In this document: positions 51,650 through 64,000 of the stretch, in pieces
Numbering within the stretch: position 1 is the stretch's first letter
Layout of the letters: every line of letters starts with the position of its first letter
Assembly (NCBI GenBank): GCA_051294905.1
Contig: CM119371.1
Location: 21,144,001 to 21,208,000, forward strand
DNA length: 64,000 nucleotides
Direction: 5' to 3'
DNA from: Botryllus schlosseri
Taxonomy: Eukaryota
Notes under the pieces: generated by a model
Told to the model about the DNA's origin: nothing
Database searches by the model: none
What the model saw: the letters and a program-made list of their open reading frames with translations, nothing else
Program-made: the position numbers and the translations under genes

Positions 51650-52198
51650 GGACAACCCTAATGTATATATATCGGAGTTTTCGGTTAGCACAAGGGTATT
51701 CCTTTTCGGCTTCTCGCTTTCTCGCCCTTCTTTCTTCTCGCAGCTGATCGTCCTGGCACACTTCTCGGGGTCGCGTGTTACATGACCTATAGCGTCATAT
51801 GTCTTGGTGCGTCGTGGCGCAGTAAGGGCCGACGGCGAAGTCTCTATTCTCATAAATCATGCGTATTTTTGTTGGGGGAAAGGTACCCCAAATTCAAGAT
51901 ATATGACAATAAGAAATCGCGCGCAGCGCGGAAAATGTTTGAAAAGTTAAATGAATTTCTAAAAAATTTCGCTATAATTTATGATAATTCACGAAATAAT
52001 TTTAGGCCTCCTTCGAGTTCGGCCCCCAATTTGAGGTTTGGGGTGCAGTAGTTAGGGTCCTGACTCCAATATAGCCGTTTTAACGCGCTATCGCCCCCCT
52101 ATCGCTCCTTCGTTGTTTTCACCCCTTATCGTCCTTTCGTCCTTTTTGGACCCCTATAGCCCCATTGGGGACGATATCGCCCACGTTGGGAACCAGTG
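51650..52198. mobile_element. Right-end fragment of the 30760-34632 element family
   Basis: Collinear with ~34110-34632, ending CCCACGTTGGGAACCAGTG. Confidence 0.75.
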
Positions 52199-52679
52199 GT
52201 CTATACTGAAATTGCAAGCCCGGGACTCATCCGTGCCGACAACGGAGCATATCCATATCGAAAGATTTGGCCCTCCATCATCGGTCAATTTTATACCAAA
52301 GTTTTATGGCCGCTTATGATTTTTCACCGCATTTTATCAGCGGTTTGTTGGCCAAAACTTTGCATCTTCACGAGCCCCGACGCAGTAGGGGTGGGCCTCG
52401 AAACGAATGAGTCTCATAGACCTGAACTCGCTCGCTGCACACCCCTACACTAGTTCATCCCAAGAGTCTTCTACCAGTTTTTTCAGAAAAATAAGTCGGA
52501 CAAATCTTATCTCGTGATAAAGCCATTATTTTCTGCGTGTATCGCTTATTAGCTACAGTACTCAACATAGTCACCTTATGAATATGTAAAACCGATCGCA
52601 GAATTTTTTGCATTAAATTCAAAAAATATATAAACAGATAGCTCTGGCACTGTGTCGATCCAAATTATACCCTTTGCGG

Positions 52680-53225
52680 TCCATAATTTATTAACCCTTG
52701 AACGGGTAAAAACTTGCAAATGTTAGTCTGTAATGATGGTATATTTACTACTATCCTCGTTCCTCGCGCTAATCGAGCAGTTATTACGAAACTATGATGA
52801 TTGTTCAGCGAAATATAGCAGAAAGCGAATTTGACTTAATTTCTTCAGCCTGTCGTGGGCTCATGCGGGCTGATATAATGTTTATCTGCCACTACACCAG
52901 CTTCCATACCATACTTTTGATTACGTAATAATTATAGTGCGAAAATATTAATTCACCATGGCTTGTGGAGGCTACGATCAGTGGTGCTTCGTAAGTTGAA
53001 CAAGCTTTTACAATTGCTTCGCCACTACAAAAGTTACACTGACCTTTAATTTCCTATTAGGTATATTTGAATTATTCCAGATCAGAAAAACTAAAAATTA
53101 TTCATGAATTTCATTTGCACTTGATTCGGATTTTCATTCACACTATTCGCACCACCTTCATCATTCGAACTGCATTTTTTTTATTCGCACAAGTGCGAAC
53201 CGTCACACAGGCTAAAAAGCACTGT
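52680..53225. repeat. Dispersed repeat, inverted copy at ~60510-61110
   Basis: Shared atttcctat..ggt.tatttgaattattcca, attcgcac repeats and gtgcgaaccgtcacacagg; mirrored ORFs MNYSRSEKL / MNYSTPEKL. Confidence 0.75.
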
Positions 53226-54320
53226 AATAAAGCATCGATATTCTGTTCTTCCGATATTCTTATTTGCGTGTTGTATGAAACCAATATAGCCTACTTATTT
53301 AGGTGTTTTAGAGTCGTTTTGAATGAGTTCAAAAATAGTAGGCGCGCTGCCATCGGATCTCATTGAATGATATTTAATTTTGTTGGCCAATACGCATTCG
53401 ACGATGTGTACGAAGTGACATGTATTCCTTCAAACCTAACACACCAATGGCGTATTCACTTCAACACGCGACCCGATGGCCGGATGAGCTGAAGCAGCTT
53501 CAGGGATGGCAGCAGCATTCCGAAGAAAATTAGCGGGTACGAATGAGCATATCGTATCGACGTGCAAAAGCCAAGACACTGTCAAGACTGATACGCTTAC
53601 AAAACAGCATAGTGTATCACCATAAGATTAAGCTTTTCGTTGCGTTCATCTAATACAGTGTCTCCCTAGCGCTCGCCCCAATATCGATGCCTTGGTTGCC
53701 GAAAATCCATGTTACGTATCGTGCGCAGCTCACAGCTCAAAATAAAATGAAATTTATAATCACGATAATTTTTGGTCAAAAAGTATTTCTTTAATAAAAA
53801 ATACTTTGTGTAGCTATGCCCGTAGCCCCTGTTAGAGACAACAGCGATCAGCTGAAATAAAGAGTTACAAACGTGGTTGTTAAACAAAGTGTGACCTATT
53901 TTGTCTCGATATTGCGATTCATGCGACCGGCGACATCGACCAAATTTCATGTGACCCGCGACCCGTTTTGAATTGGCGGCCCTTGCTGTAAATGCATTTT
54001 CATTAAACCTACGGAAAACCAATCTTCTGTACAAGTTGTATTAATCCAAACGTTTTCTCAAATTATGTAAAACACACATTTTCTGGCAGCGATGATATTT
54101 TCTAGTACGAAGATCAATCTCCACTGGATTGTTCATTGAATTGTCGTCTTCATATTTTTGCCGTGTCCATAATTTCTGAAATGGCGCACAAGTCGATGTT
54201 TTACAACGAAATTATTCGCGCGTATACATCTCACTCCTATTGTTCAACTGCATCGTGAATCTTGTTGTGTTTTGGATTCGACATTAGATGGTGTCACATG
54301 TACCTCACACATACGGATGC

Positions 54321-55382
54321 TTACTGTCGGTATTTCCTTTGCGTGTGGACGGAATGGTGACTTATGAGAGGAGACGTTTTCGTAAACCCCTTTCCGCATA
54401 TCTCGCACTCGTATTCCTTTGTTTTCAGGTGTACCGTCTTCATGTGTAATTTAAGGTACGATCTTAAACGAAATGCTTTACCGCAAATGTCACACTCATG
54501 TTCCTTCTCTCCGGTGTGAATCGAATAGTGGTTTCTAAATAGGCATTGTTTACCGAAACTCTTTCCGCATACATGACACACATAATCTTTCGCGCCCGTG
54601 TGGATCGAATGATGTTTTTTCAAATCACCCTTTGCTACGAAATCCTTTACGCAGACATGACATCGGTAATCCTTCGTCCCGGCGTGAATGAAATAATGAC
54701 GTTTCATGTCAGCATTGTGTCGAAAACGTTTTCCGCATACATGGCATTCGTGATCTTTGGCTAGTGTATGAATCAACGAGTGTGTTTTCAAATTACTCTT
54801 TAAAACGAAACCTCTCCCGCATATCGAACATATGTGATCTTTCACGCCGGCGTGAATCAAATAATGGTAGTTCAATTGACCTTTTCGTCCGAAACCTTTC
54901 CCGCATATATCACATTCGTAATTCGTTGATCCGACATGCATAAAATAATGTGTTTTCAAATGAACCTCTGCTGTGTTACCTTTACCACATATATCGCACA
55001 TGAACTCTTTAAATGTGTCGTGGCGTTTCATGTGGTTTTTCATTTCGTATTCGGCGATGAATCGTTGGGCACATACACCGCACTCGAACTCGTTCAATCC
55101 GAGATGTCTTTTCATGTGTGTTTTCTAATTTGATTTCTTGGTAAACAGTTTTCCACATACATCGCACTTGTGGTTTTTCATATCCTTATTGGATGAAGTA
55201 TGAAATAATTGGGTACTCCTTTGCGCAAATCTTTTTCCGCATATGTCACACTCAAACTCCTTAACCCCGGTGTGAATTTTCATATGGACTCTCATGCAAG
55301 ACTTGGTCTTGAAGCATTTTCCACAGACCTCGCAGACATTGCCATTGCAGCCTTCGAGATGTTGAACATGGGGCTCCATCAT
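54321..55382 (-). pseudogene. C2H2 zinc-finger protein 3, paralog of ZF2 with in-frame nonsense codon
   Basis: Same 1062-nt span as 45826-46887; TTG(Leu)>TAG at 55125-55127 in finger 3; finger 2 has also lost its second His. Confidence 0.85.
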
Positions 55383-56505
55383 TTTTAACTCGGTTGGGAT
55401 ACTTTGTTGCAGCGATGCTCATGCGGTTCAATGCAGTCGCAACTAATATCGCGAATGATAGATTTGATGCTGCGTGTTACAATCTAGAGAAGATAACTGC
55501 ATGTAATGCGGCTTTTAGAATTTCAGAATATCACTATACCTTGCACACACCATTGAACAGAACAGGTTACAATAGTCATGACTTCATACACAGTCTAACA
55601 TCGCATGGTCGCCATGCAAATCTTCTCGTGGCAATGATGTGGATATATGTAAATGCTATTTTGAACTTGCCGGCATCACAAGTAAGTGATTTTACTTCTA
55701 AAACCTTCGAAATGAGAATCGAAGTATTATGTAAACGTGAATACCAGAGGGCTGTTTACAAGTAGCATTGCTAGCGCTGCGCTAGTTGGCTTCATAGGAG
55801 GGGCATTGTTTCGTATTGTATCAGAGACACTCGCAAGGATTTCATTACCAACGCAAAGCTGTCTAGTAGTCCAAGTCAGTGGTTCTCAACCGCCGATCCG
55901 CGGCAAGTTTCCTACCGGTCCGCGGAGTATATCAGAATTTTATATCTTAATTCAAAATGAAAGAAGATGAACACTTATCCACTAATTAGTGAAATAAAAC
56001 ATCAGAATATAAATAGATACGGACGTATTTTCAACATTATGTCGCAATAGAGCAGTGGTTCTGAAATCGGCGGCGTGAAAGCATATTAAGTGGGGCGCTA
56101 AGTCGCCAGAGAGAAATGATGACATATCAGTATGTATTGAATGATATGTGAATGTGAATGTAATACATGCAATACGCAGTGCCGTGGTGTTCTGAAATGA
56201 TTAAAATTATAACAAATTGATACTGACACTGACGTAATAACCACACAGTAATTGCATATTTGCGAAGTCCCAATCGTCATTTGATTAGCTTTTTGTCGTT
56301 CTGCTAGACCTCTACCTACCATAACAAAACCTTACCATTTCAAGAATGTATAGGACGATGTTCTATCATGCTAGCTAGGCCCGTAGCTGTGATCAGCATC
56401 GCGCCAAAACCTGAGTCTTCAGCATCTTTTGATTCAACATTTTCGTAATATGGGATGTTAAATCTAATTTAGGTCGCGGGATGGAAAAGCGATAATGAGT
56501 GTTAA

Positions 56506-57530
56506 CCCTAGAATGCATACACGGAAAAACTTACGCTAATGCATAACAGGGGTCATTTTGACCCGTATTGCTATTACATGTGATTCTACTAAAACGACAA
56601 TAAATATTTTTCTTCTTGTGCTTTCCTAAGATCTTCCATTGGTGTAATGATGACACATCTAGAGTTTTTGCTGCATTTTAAATGAACAACCGGAGAAAAA
56701 CAGCGTAAAGAAGTCGGTAATAAAATCAAAGAAAAGTCCAGAACAGATCCACTACAAACAACAGCCTGATTCATTCACTGTACTTATTGCCTGTGATCAT
56801 GGTTACGCTGTATTCTGGGCACACGGGTCTGCAACATCGGGAGCAACATTTTGCAAGTTTCTAATCCTTTGCGTCTGGACATAAGGAACATCGCTTTCTC
56901 TTCTGCAACGTGTTTGCTGTTTGCAGGGATGAACTTCGAAAACCTCACAACATCCTCTCTTGTGGCTCTATGGTGTTTTATTGTCTATCTTGTCATCATT
57001 TTGGGGCAAAATGAGGCAGTTAGAAAGATATGAATGAAACCTCGTTGCTTTGAACCTTGTCCACTCTTATAATCAACTTATAGCCTACTTGTGTGAATAT
57101 GGATTATGCTTGTCTGAGTATGGTAATGGTAATGCATTTAGAGCTGCGATGTCGAGCAGATTGTAAATAAGAACTAGAGGCCATCGGCAGGATTGTCGTT
57201 TGCAAGTAAATGTTTGAACCATTTGGTCAATCAACTCAACACCAATCTTTGTCTGGTTATAAAATCTGATGATTGCAGGCCTCTTTTTTCAGGTATTTTT
57301 CTATTCCATTTGCTGCGGGTCAAAATGACCCCTGTTATGCATTCTCGGGGTATTTAGTGAAAAATGCATTTTTCTTGTCAAACGTAAAATTTTACCGAAC
57401 AACTTTTTTCTCATCATGTATAAGTATAAAAGACTAACAAAGTCAATAAATTTCAGGACTCAATTCCCAATATGTGTTATGATGAATAGCTTCGTATGGG
57501 TCATTTTGACCCCTGTTATGCATTCTAGGG
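56506..57530 (-). mobile_element. Internally deleted piggyBac transposon
   Basis: TTAA TSD, TIR CCCTAGAATGCATA. Minus-strand relic KKRPAIIRFYNQTKIGVELIDQM...RWPLVLIYNLLDIAALNA and Cys-rich tail RKRCSLCPDAKD*KLAKCCSRCCRPVCPEY. Absent from unit A. Confidence 0.93.
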
Positions 57531-60500
57531 TTAAACTCATTTGGGTCTCGGACTGGAAAGGCGATTAGGGTTTTCGGATTAGCGGGAACCGTACTTACGC
57601 TTCAGTCGTCTCAACGTTTAGCTGTGTTCAGGTTTATCTATCCCACGCGACTTTAACGCTGTGACCGAAAGATATGCGGCAACCAAATCAATTGTTACCA
57701 CAGTCATATATGGCAAGGATGGGCAGATCTTCTTCATGCGCGAGCCGCGTATATCTATTCTAAATTCTTATTTTTAAAAGAGCCACAACACAAAAATCTA
57801 AATAGGCGAATTCATTTCGTCCCAACGATATGTAGGCTATCGAATAAAGTTGATTACTGTGTGGTGATATGCAAAGTGTTTGAAATCAGGCTGGCTTGAT
57901 CTCAAAGCAGTGTGGAGCAGTTCGTTCAAGTACAGATGAGCAATTTAGGGAAAAATCCAGCTACGCAATATTATTACTCTCTAAATCTGTCTTCGGTGGG
58001 TAACTCGTGGCAAAGTTTTAGTGTTTGCTTTTGTAATGACTTTTCAGGTTAGTAGCTTTGGAATTATTGCACTGACCTTGAAAGATAGGGACAGTGGCTT
58101 ACCTCCGTTATCACTGAATGCAAATTCGTCTCCTATTCTGCTTTAAAAGTTCCATTTTCCTGTTCATACTTTCCTTTCTTGCAATTATTGTACAACGACA
58201 TTTTCTTGACCAAACTCCACAGTTATTGCTAGCCTTTACAATACAAATGAGAGAGCCGTACTCGACATTGTCAGCCAGGAAATGATCGTGGCCTGTACTG
58301 CCGTGATTAATTATCAGGTTCATTGATAGATTTAGTGATGTATGATTGATTGATTACCAATGAACATGTACCCTTTTTGCGAGTGAAACGTTCATGTGCA
58401 CTCGAATCAAGAATTCTATTGCAAAAGTTCCAACCCTGTAGTATAGCGCTCCCAACCACTAACTTTCCAAGTGTTACGTAAACCACAAGGAAAGAAACAA
58501 CACAAAAAACAATGCCCATGCAGATGATACCAGATAAAACCCATCCATTTATAATCAGGTTGCGCCTCTCTAGCAAAATTGTGAAGCGCATGTGCATTGC
58601 AATCAGTAAAGAGCCGCATTATCGCTATATGCCTGAACGTGGAAACTATAGCTGGTTACTAATCCTCACTGACACAGTCGACATTACGTGATATTCGAAT
58701 TTCAAGGGTACGATTGAATCGCTTGACTAGTATAGTGTTCTCATTCATAATGAACTGAGCACGAGTTTCGTGGATCAGCGCGAGCTCGCGAGAACATGAA
58801 TTTACATGAATTTACGCATATCATCTGACTAACAACTGAAAAGTTTTTGTACTGCAACTGTTAATCCTCTGCAATACCGCACAGAAACTTCATACGCTTG
58901 AGCAGTAATAAATGATATCACAATATGAACAAATAAATCCTTTCGTGCCTCAATAATAATCATAGTAGTTTAGTAATATGCTATATACTACAAGCTCGAC
59001 GTCATGATTGCTTGTTGCGATGTTATCTAACAAAGTGATATATTGAATATGATACAAAATATATCTTTAGGAATATCATAAATAAGACCCGATGTAATGT
59101 TAACAGTAAATCTTGGCTTTGTTATACTACATGAAGCCTCATTCGTCATGTGGTGGTCCAATACGTTCTAAGCTTCATGGTGACGTGCTGCGTCTATACA
59201 TCAAAATACAAATATATGGCGACCTGCAAATCTCAACTGGTGCATGGCAGAAAGAGCAGTGAAGCATAGGACGAAGCCGCTAATTTTCCTGGCATACAGC
59301 GAGAACGGCACACCTCTCTGATCATCCTCTCAACTAAGTTTCAATGAACTACATTCATCCCAGCAAGGATAGACATTGACAACCTGCGCTTTCAGAGAAA
59401 AGCTGCTACCGCGAAGAGAATGCACCGGTGTAGTTTTAACCATGAAGTGTCTGATTGGACTGATTGTGACTGATTGGACACCCGTCGTGATAATACCTCA
59501 ACCAACATCGAAATTTGAGTCATGTAGAAATATCACCGACATCACTCACTATGCCTATAAACCGATGTGTTTTGGCGATGTCGAAAATTGCATAGTTCAT
59601 GTGGAAATTGTTAACCAGTTGCTGCCAAATCTTTTTGGACCTCGACCTGAATGTTGAGTCTTATTGGCATCTCGTGACCAGGGTCTCGCAAATAGAATGC
59701 ATAGAATGCATTTGTAATGTTACAATGCCACGTTTGTAATGGCATGCATGGAATAGAGACGATGCAGTTGTACGCAACGCAGCTCTAAGTAAGATGATGC
59801 ATTAGGCCTACACAAAAGTCATTAATTCGGTGATGTTGATGTCATATAAAATTTATCTTTCATACAGTGGTATTTATTTGCATTTACCGAAAAAAAGTAT
59901 CCTCGTTTGGTCACAGTTGTACCGCGGGGATCAGCTTGCAAGGACAGAACCATAGCATGCGCCTTTACATATCTATATCGAAGATTCCCGTCAAATGAGA
60001 CAGTCATTTTAGGCCAAGGTTTTATCGACGCTTGGTACAGTACCGCACTTTCTGCAGCAGTATGTTGGATAAAAACGATGTGTTCCTGTGTCCCGGCGCA
60101 GAAGGGTTCGACCCTGACATATCTGTATATAATATAGTTTCTTACATTGCGCATTCCTATATTAAACCGCTCTAAAAGGTATTTTAAGTCGTCAAACGAT
60201 ACTATAGGAACATATTCACTTACTCATATGTACTAGCAATCCATTTTCAATTTCAAATAAGGATAAATTCATGTATGTAGAGTGTAGAGCTGTAGACTGT
60301 AGAGTATGCTTTGAAAGTTTTTGCGGCGGTTTTGGTCCCAACTTTCCCGCTACACTTCCTCAGCGGAAATATTACCATCGCCGGTTCGAACTTTCCAATA
60401 TAACCATTCCTGAACAGTCCTCATCTAGTTTGAAGTCCGGCAAACTACAATCACACGTCATAATTTCGTAAAATAACATATCCGCCAGTCTCGCTTATCG

Positions 60501-61725
60501 GCTACAGCATTGCCTTTCAACCTGTGTGACGGTTCGCACTCGTGCGAATGAAGGAGGTAGTGCGAATAGTGCGAATGAAAATCCGGATCAAGTGCGATGA
60601 CGAAGCTAGTGCGAATGGTGCGATTGAAGATCCGGATCAAGTGCGAATGACGATCGTGATTAATTGTCAACTTTTCTGGCGTGGAATAATTCAAATAAAC
60701 CTTATAGGAAATTTAGGATCTGTAGAATGTTTGTAGTTGCGACGCAATTGTAAAACTTAATATGACGCACCACTCATCGTAGCTCTCACAACCCGTAGTG
60801 AGTTAATATTCCCGCACTCGAATTATTACGTAACCAAAAGCCTGGTTTGAAACTGGTGTAGTGGCCGTATAGAGATCCCTACAAACTCTATAGTGGCAGA
60901 CATACAGTACATCAGCCAGTCTGAGCCTGCGACGGACTGGAAAAATGACGTCAAATTGACTTTCTGCCTTCTTTCACTGAACAATCATCATATTTTCATA
61001 ACAACTGTTCGATTTGCGCGAGGCACGAGGATAGTTGTAAATACCATCATTACAAACTCACATTTGCAAGTTACTGTAACGCAAATTTCTACCCCTACAA
61101 GGGTTATTAAGTGAACTCACTTGAATGGTATATATGCAGCTGCATGTCAGAGGCAACTATACAATTACGTGGTCGCGTTTTTGAATTCTTTGACTTCGAA
61201 TTCATATAGCCTCTTTCACAAGGATATATGGAGGTGATTGGAATAAATACTAGAAGACACCTCTGAAAACGCGCTTGGGTGACCGTTACAAAGGGCTTGC
61301 ATCAAAATGGAGCAACATAATTACACGTATATAGGCGCGGACACTTATTATTTTACGAGTTGGCGAAGTCTTGTGACGTCATAATTGTTCCCTATCGATA
61401 ACGTCATCGTCACACTAAATCGCACTGACGACTGTACGTGCAGCGTTAAACTATTTGTGTGACGTTAAAATACCGACCCTGCCCTCATCAATATTAAACC
61501 ATGAAGCCGAGTTATTAAATGGAATCTTAAAACCGTGCGACGATCATCCGTCCGTCCGACGGAATGCATCGAATAAAAATCAGAATTTACGTCGCTGAAA
61601 ATTTGGAGTTGCGTCAATGTTGTTAACGCGCAATGCGCCGTGTGAGTAACGAAATGCACTGCGCACAGGCAAGTAGCCCACGACAAGTCTCGAATATGAG
61701 GTTTCAAGCAGACAATAATTATGAT

Positions 61726-62845
61726 TAGAGACCGACCGATATTGGATTTTTGTGCCGATACTGATAAAACCGATATTCAGTACCTTCACCGGTAACCCCG
61801 ATATATTCAGCCGATATTCAAAAGATATGGAACCCAGCTCAAGGCGCATATTCAACACCTCAAGAGTATTTAATTGAACATGTTTACAGCCATTGCTATA
61901 CTTAACATGAAATGAATGATAGGGGGGGGGGGGGCAATAAAAATATATTAGTAGCACCAGTCTAGAAGTTGCAGATTACAAGTCACGAAGCATAATTTCT
62001 CTGTGTTTTCTCCAGGGAGTGAACTTGTGTGGTATTCATAAATGATGAAGGCTATATGGTACTAAGCACAGTGAACAGTCTTTCCGTTGGTACCGTAGTT
62101 GGTAGCACAGCAAGAACTGGGAATTTATTTTGTTTCCACGACTGCAGGTTATCTTTTCTTCATTGCTTCCACCAAATATTGATATTCTTATGGCAGTGCA
62201 CCTGGAGCCTTCAGAACATCATTAACAGCTGAAGAGAATGTGCAAAACAACTCAAATTGTTCACGTCAGCTCCACCCATCCCCTTGACTATGACCAGCAT
62301 TTCAACAATCAGCTGATCAATTGTTTACATACTGTCAGAATTGGCCAATGTCATTATTCGTATGAATTATTGTCTCTACTCCCTTTTTGCTTCATTTTCT
62401 TGTACTCTATGCCCGCATATTCCTTATCACGGAGGCCCCTCAGTCAGATGACTCCATACATTACTGGTATTTTTCGCTTTGTTGGTACCGAGCCTTGGCT
62501 TGTGAGCTTCCTTTCTATACAGACACCAACATCACTATCTACAGGTAAATGTTTACACGCGACTCACCGCAGGGCGATTGCCACTGAAGTCATTGGGGCA
62601 TACCGGTGAAATTATGTTTTTCGCATAGGGCTACTGGCCTGTGTGCATTGCAGCTTGGCCATTTATCTTTATAATTTACCGACATTCAGTGAAGACTTTG
62701 CGTCTTCTCTGACTCCCTACGACCATGTTGTGACGTCACGAAAATGGCCGATATTTTTTTACCTCCAGTGGCCGATACCGATATTTCTCTCCAAGTGTGA
62801 TATCGACTCGATATTATCGGCGAGCCGATAATCGGCCGGGCTCTA
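61726..62845. mobile_element. hAT (Ac-like) non-autonomous element
   Basis: TAGAGACCGACCGAT...ATCGGCCGGGCTCTA; TSD ATTATGAT; CCGATA subterminal repeats. Confidence 0.85.
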
Positions 62846-63095
62846 ATTATGATTACAGTCGCGAAATCGCGCAGCCAATCAGAAATTGTCACTTGCGGTT
62901 TCTGGCTTCGTGTTGAGTAGCTCGCATCGCGGCAATTGTTTGCAGATTAAAACAGCGATTTCGGCGGCATTGGTGCATTTCCCGGTTTACGTTCGCTAAG
63001 CATTTTTGGAGTACATTGGTGTATATGCCGCAAATAAATCTAGGAACGATATATAACGTCCTATTCGCATTTAATGTATCGACTATGGGCTAGAA

Positions 63096-63356
63096 CAGAG
63101 ATGGCCAACCTTTTTGCTATCCACGGCCGCATTTCGAATACTTGAGCAGCCTACGGCCGCATTCCTGGGCATATTAGACCCCAAATATACATATTAAACT
63201 GTCCTTGCCCATTACCGGCGAACTCCGGATTAAGATACGTTTTCATATCGGCTTATTATAGGCATCAAAATCGATGGCCGCCAGTACATACTAATTGAAT
63301 TACGTGTTGACGGCCGTGCAAATTTTCTTTCCACGACCGCAGGTTGGCCACCCCTG
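63096..63356. mobile_element. hAT (Charlie-like) MITE
   Basis: CAGAGATGGCCAACC...GGTTGGCCACCCCTG; TSD GGCTAGAA/GGCTACAA (7/8). Confidence 0.8.
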
Positions 63357-64000
63357 GGCTACAATTAATTGCAGTTCCATCCACATGCCGCGATTTTATC
63401 AATTGAAATCGACTGTCTACCAAATGATCAGTACTTTAAAATTCGATATTGTTTTTCTCGAAACGAGTACGTCCAGCAATCAAGTTTATCGGAATATAGA
63501 AGGTTCCCTGTTCAAACGAATCGAATAAATTCAGAGTTTGTGCCACCCAGAATCTCGTGATGCATCAATATCTGACAATGGCATGGCATACTGCACGTTA
63601 AAAACGAAAATAATGATAAGGATGAGCTCAGTAATTCTTATACTTATTGTTAATATGACTGTTAATTTATTGACGCATCAACAAATACATGGTAAGTAAT
63701 TAACTGCCCATTTTAATCCCAAAAGCTAGTTTCCATCATTTCTCTGGTAGTGCGTTTCGATCATGAGCACAATTCATAGTGCTCGAGTTCTATGTTGTTA
63801 TTACGCCATTGTCTACCGATTGTTAGAACAATGGCTTCACTGCTGTTAGATTGGAATCTTTGAGCTTTGCTGCGGATGAAATCACCTAATTGGCCGGATG
63901 CAGCCCTTGAGCCGTTTGTTTGACAACACTGATCTATATTGTTACAACATTGACTGCTATCTGTATTCTTAGAAGAGACTTAACATTTTTATAACAATAC

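Larger units (their letters stand above)
44600..59338. repeat. Tandem segmental duplication: unit A ~44600-50553, unit B ~53270-59338
   Basis: Collinear similarity across the ZF genes and flanks, e.g. cgagaacggcaca...caactaagt near 50515 and 59300. The units differ by independent TE insertions. Confidence 0.9.

Overview
Eukaryotic, AT-rich, transposon-dense animal genomic DNA (spliceosomal introns, tRNA-SINEs, C2H2 arrays; a marine invertebrate is my guess and cannot be proven from the window). Most short ORFs in the track are spurious. (1) 1-8034 looks like the right part of a decayed Polinton/Maverick-like element: it ends in ...ACTACTACT after a GC-rich subterminal repeat array and contains a near-perfect inverted repeat (1-795 / 1770-2564) that runs off the window start. 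(2) Two tandem four-exon PLAC8/cornifelin-family genes lie on the minus strand (11909-16420, 22568-27407), reconstructed from splice sites. (3) A young 5'-truncated Penelope-like retroelement (RT + GIY-YIG) sits in intron 2 of the second gene. Its inverted pseudo-LTRs each carry a minimal hammerhead ribozyme, and only the copy sense to the host pre-mRNA has a catalytic-core mutation. (4) Three tandem C2H2 zinc-finger genes are on the minus strand; two arise from a ~6 kb duplication and one has a nonsense codon. (5) There are many hAT-type MITEs with 8-bp TSDs (one four-level nest), P-like palindromic MITEs, a deleted piggyBac, a decayed pogo-like element and two full-length SINEs. All coordinates were read by eye.
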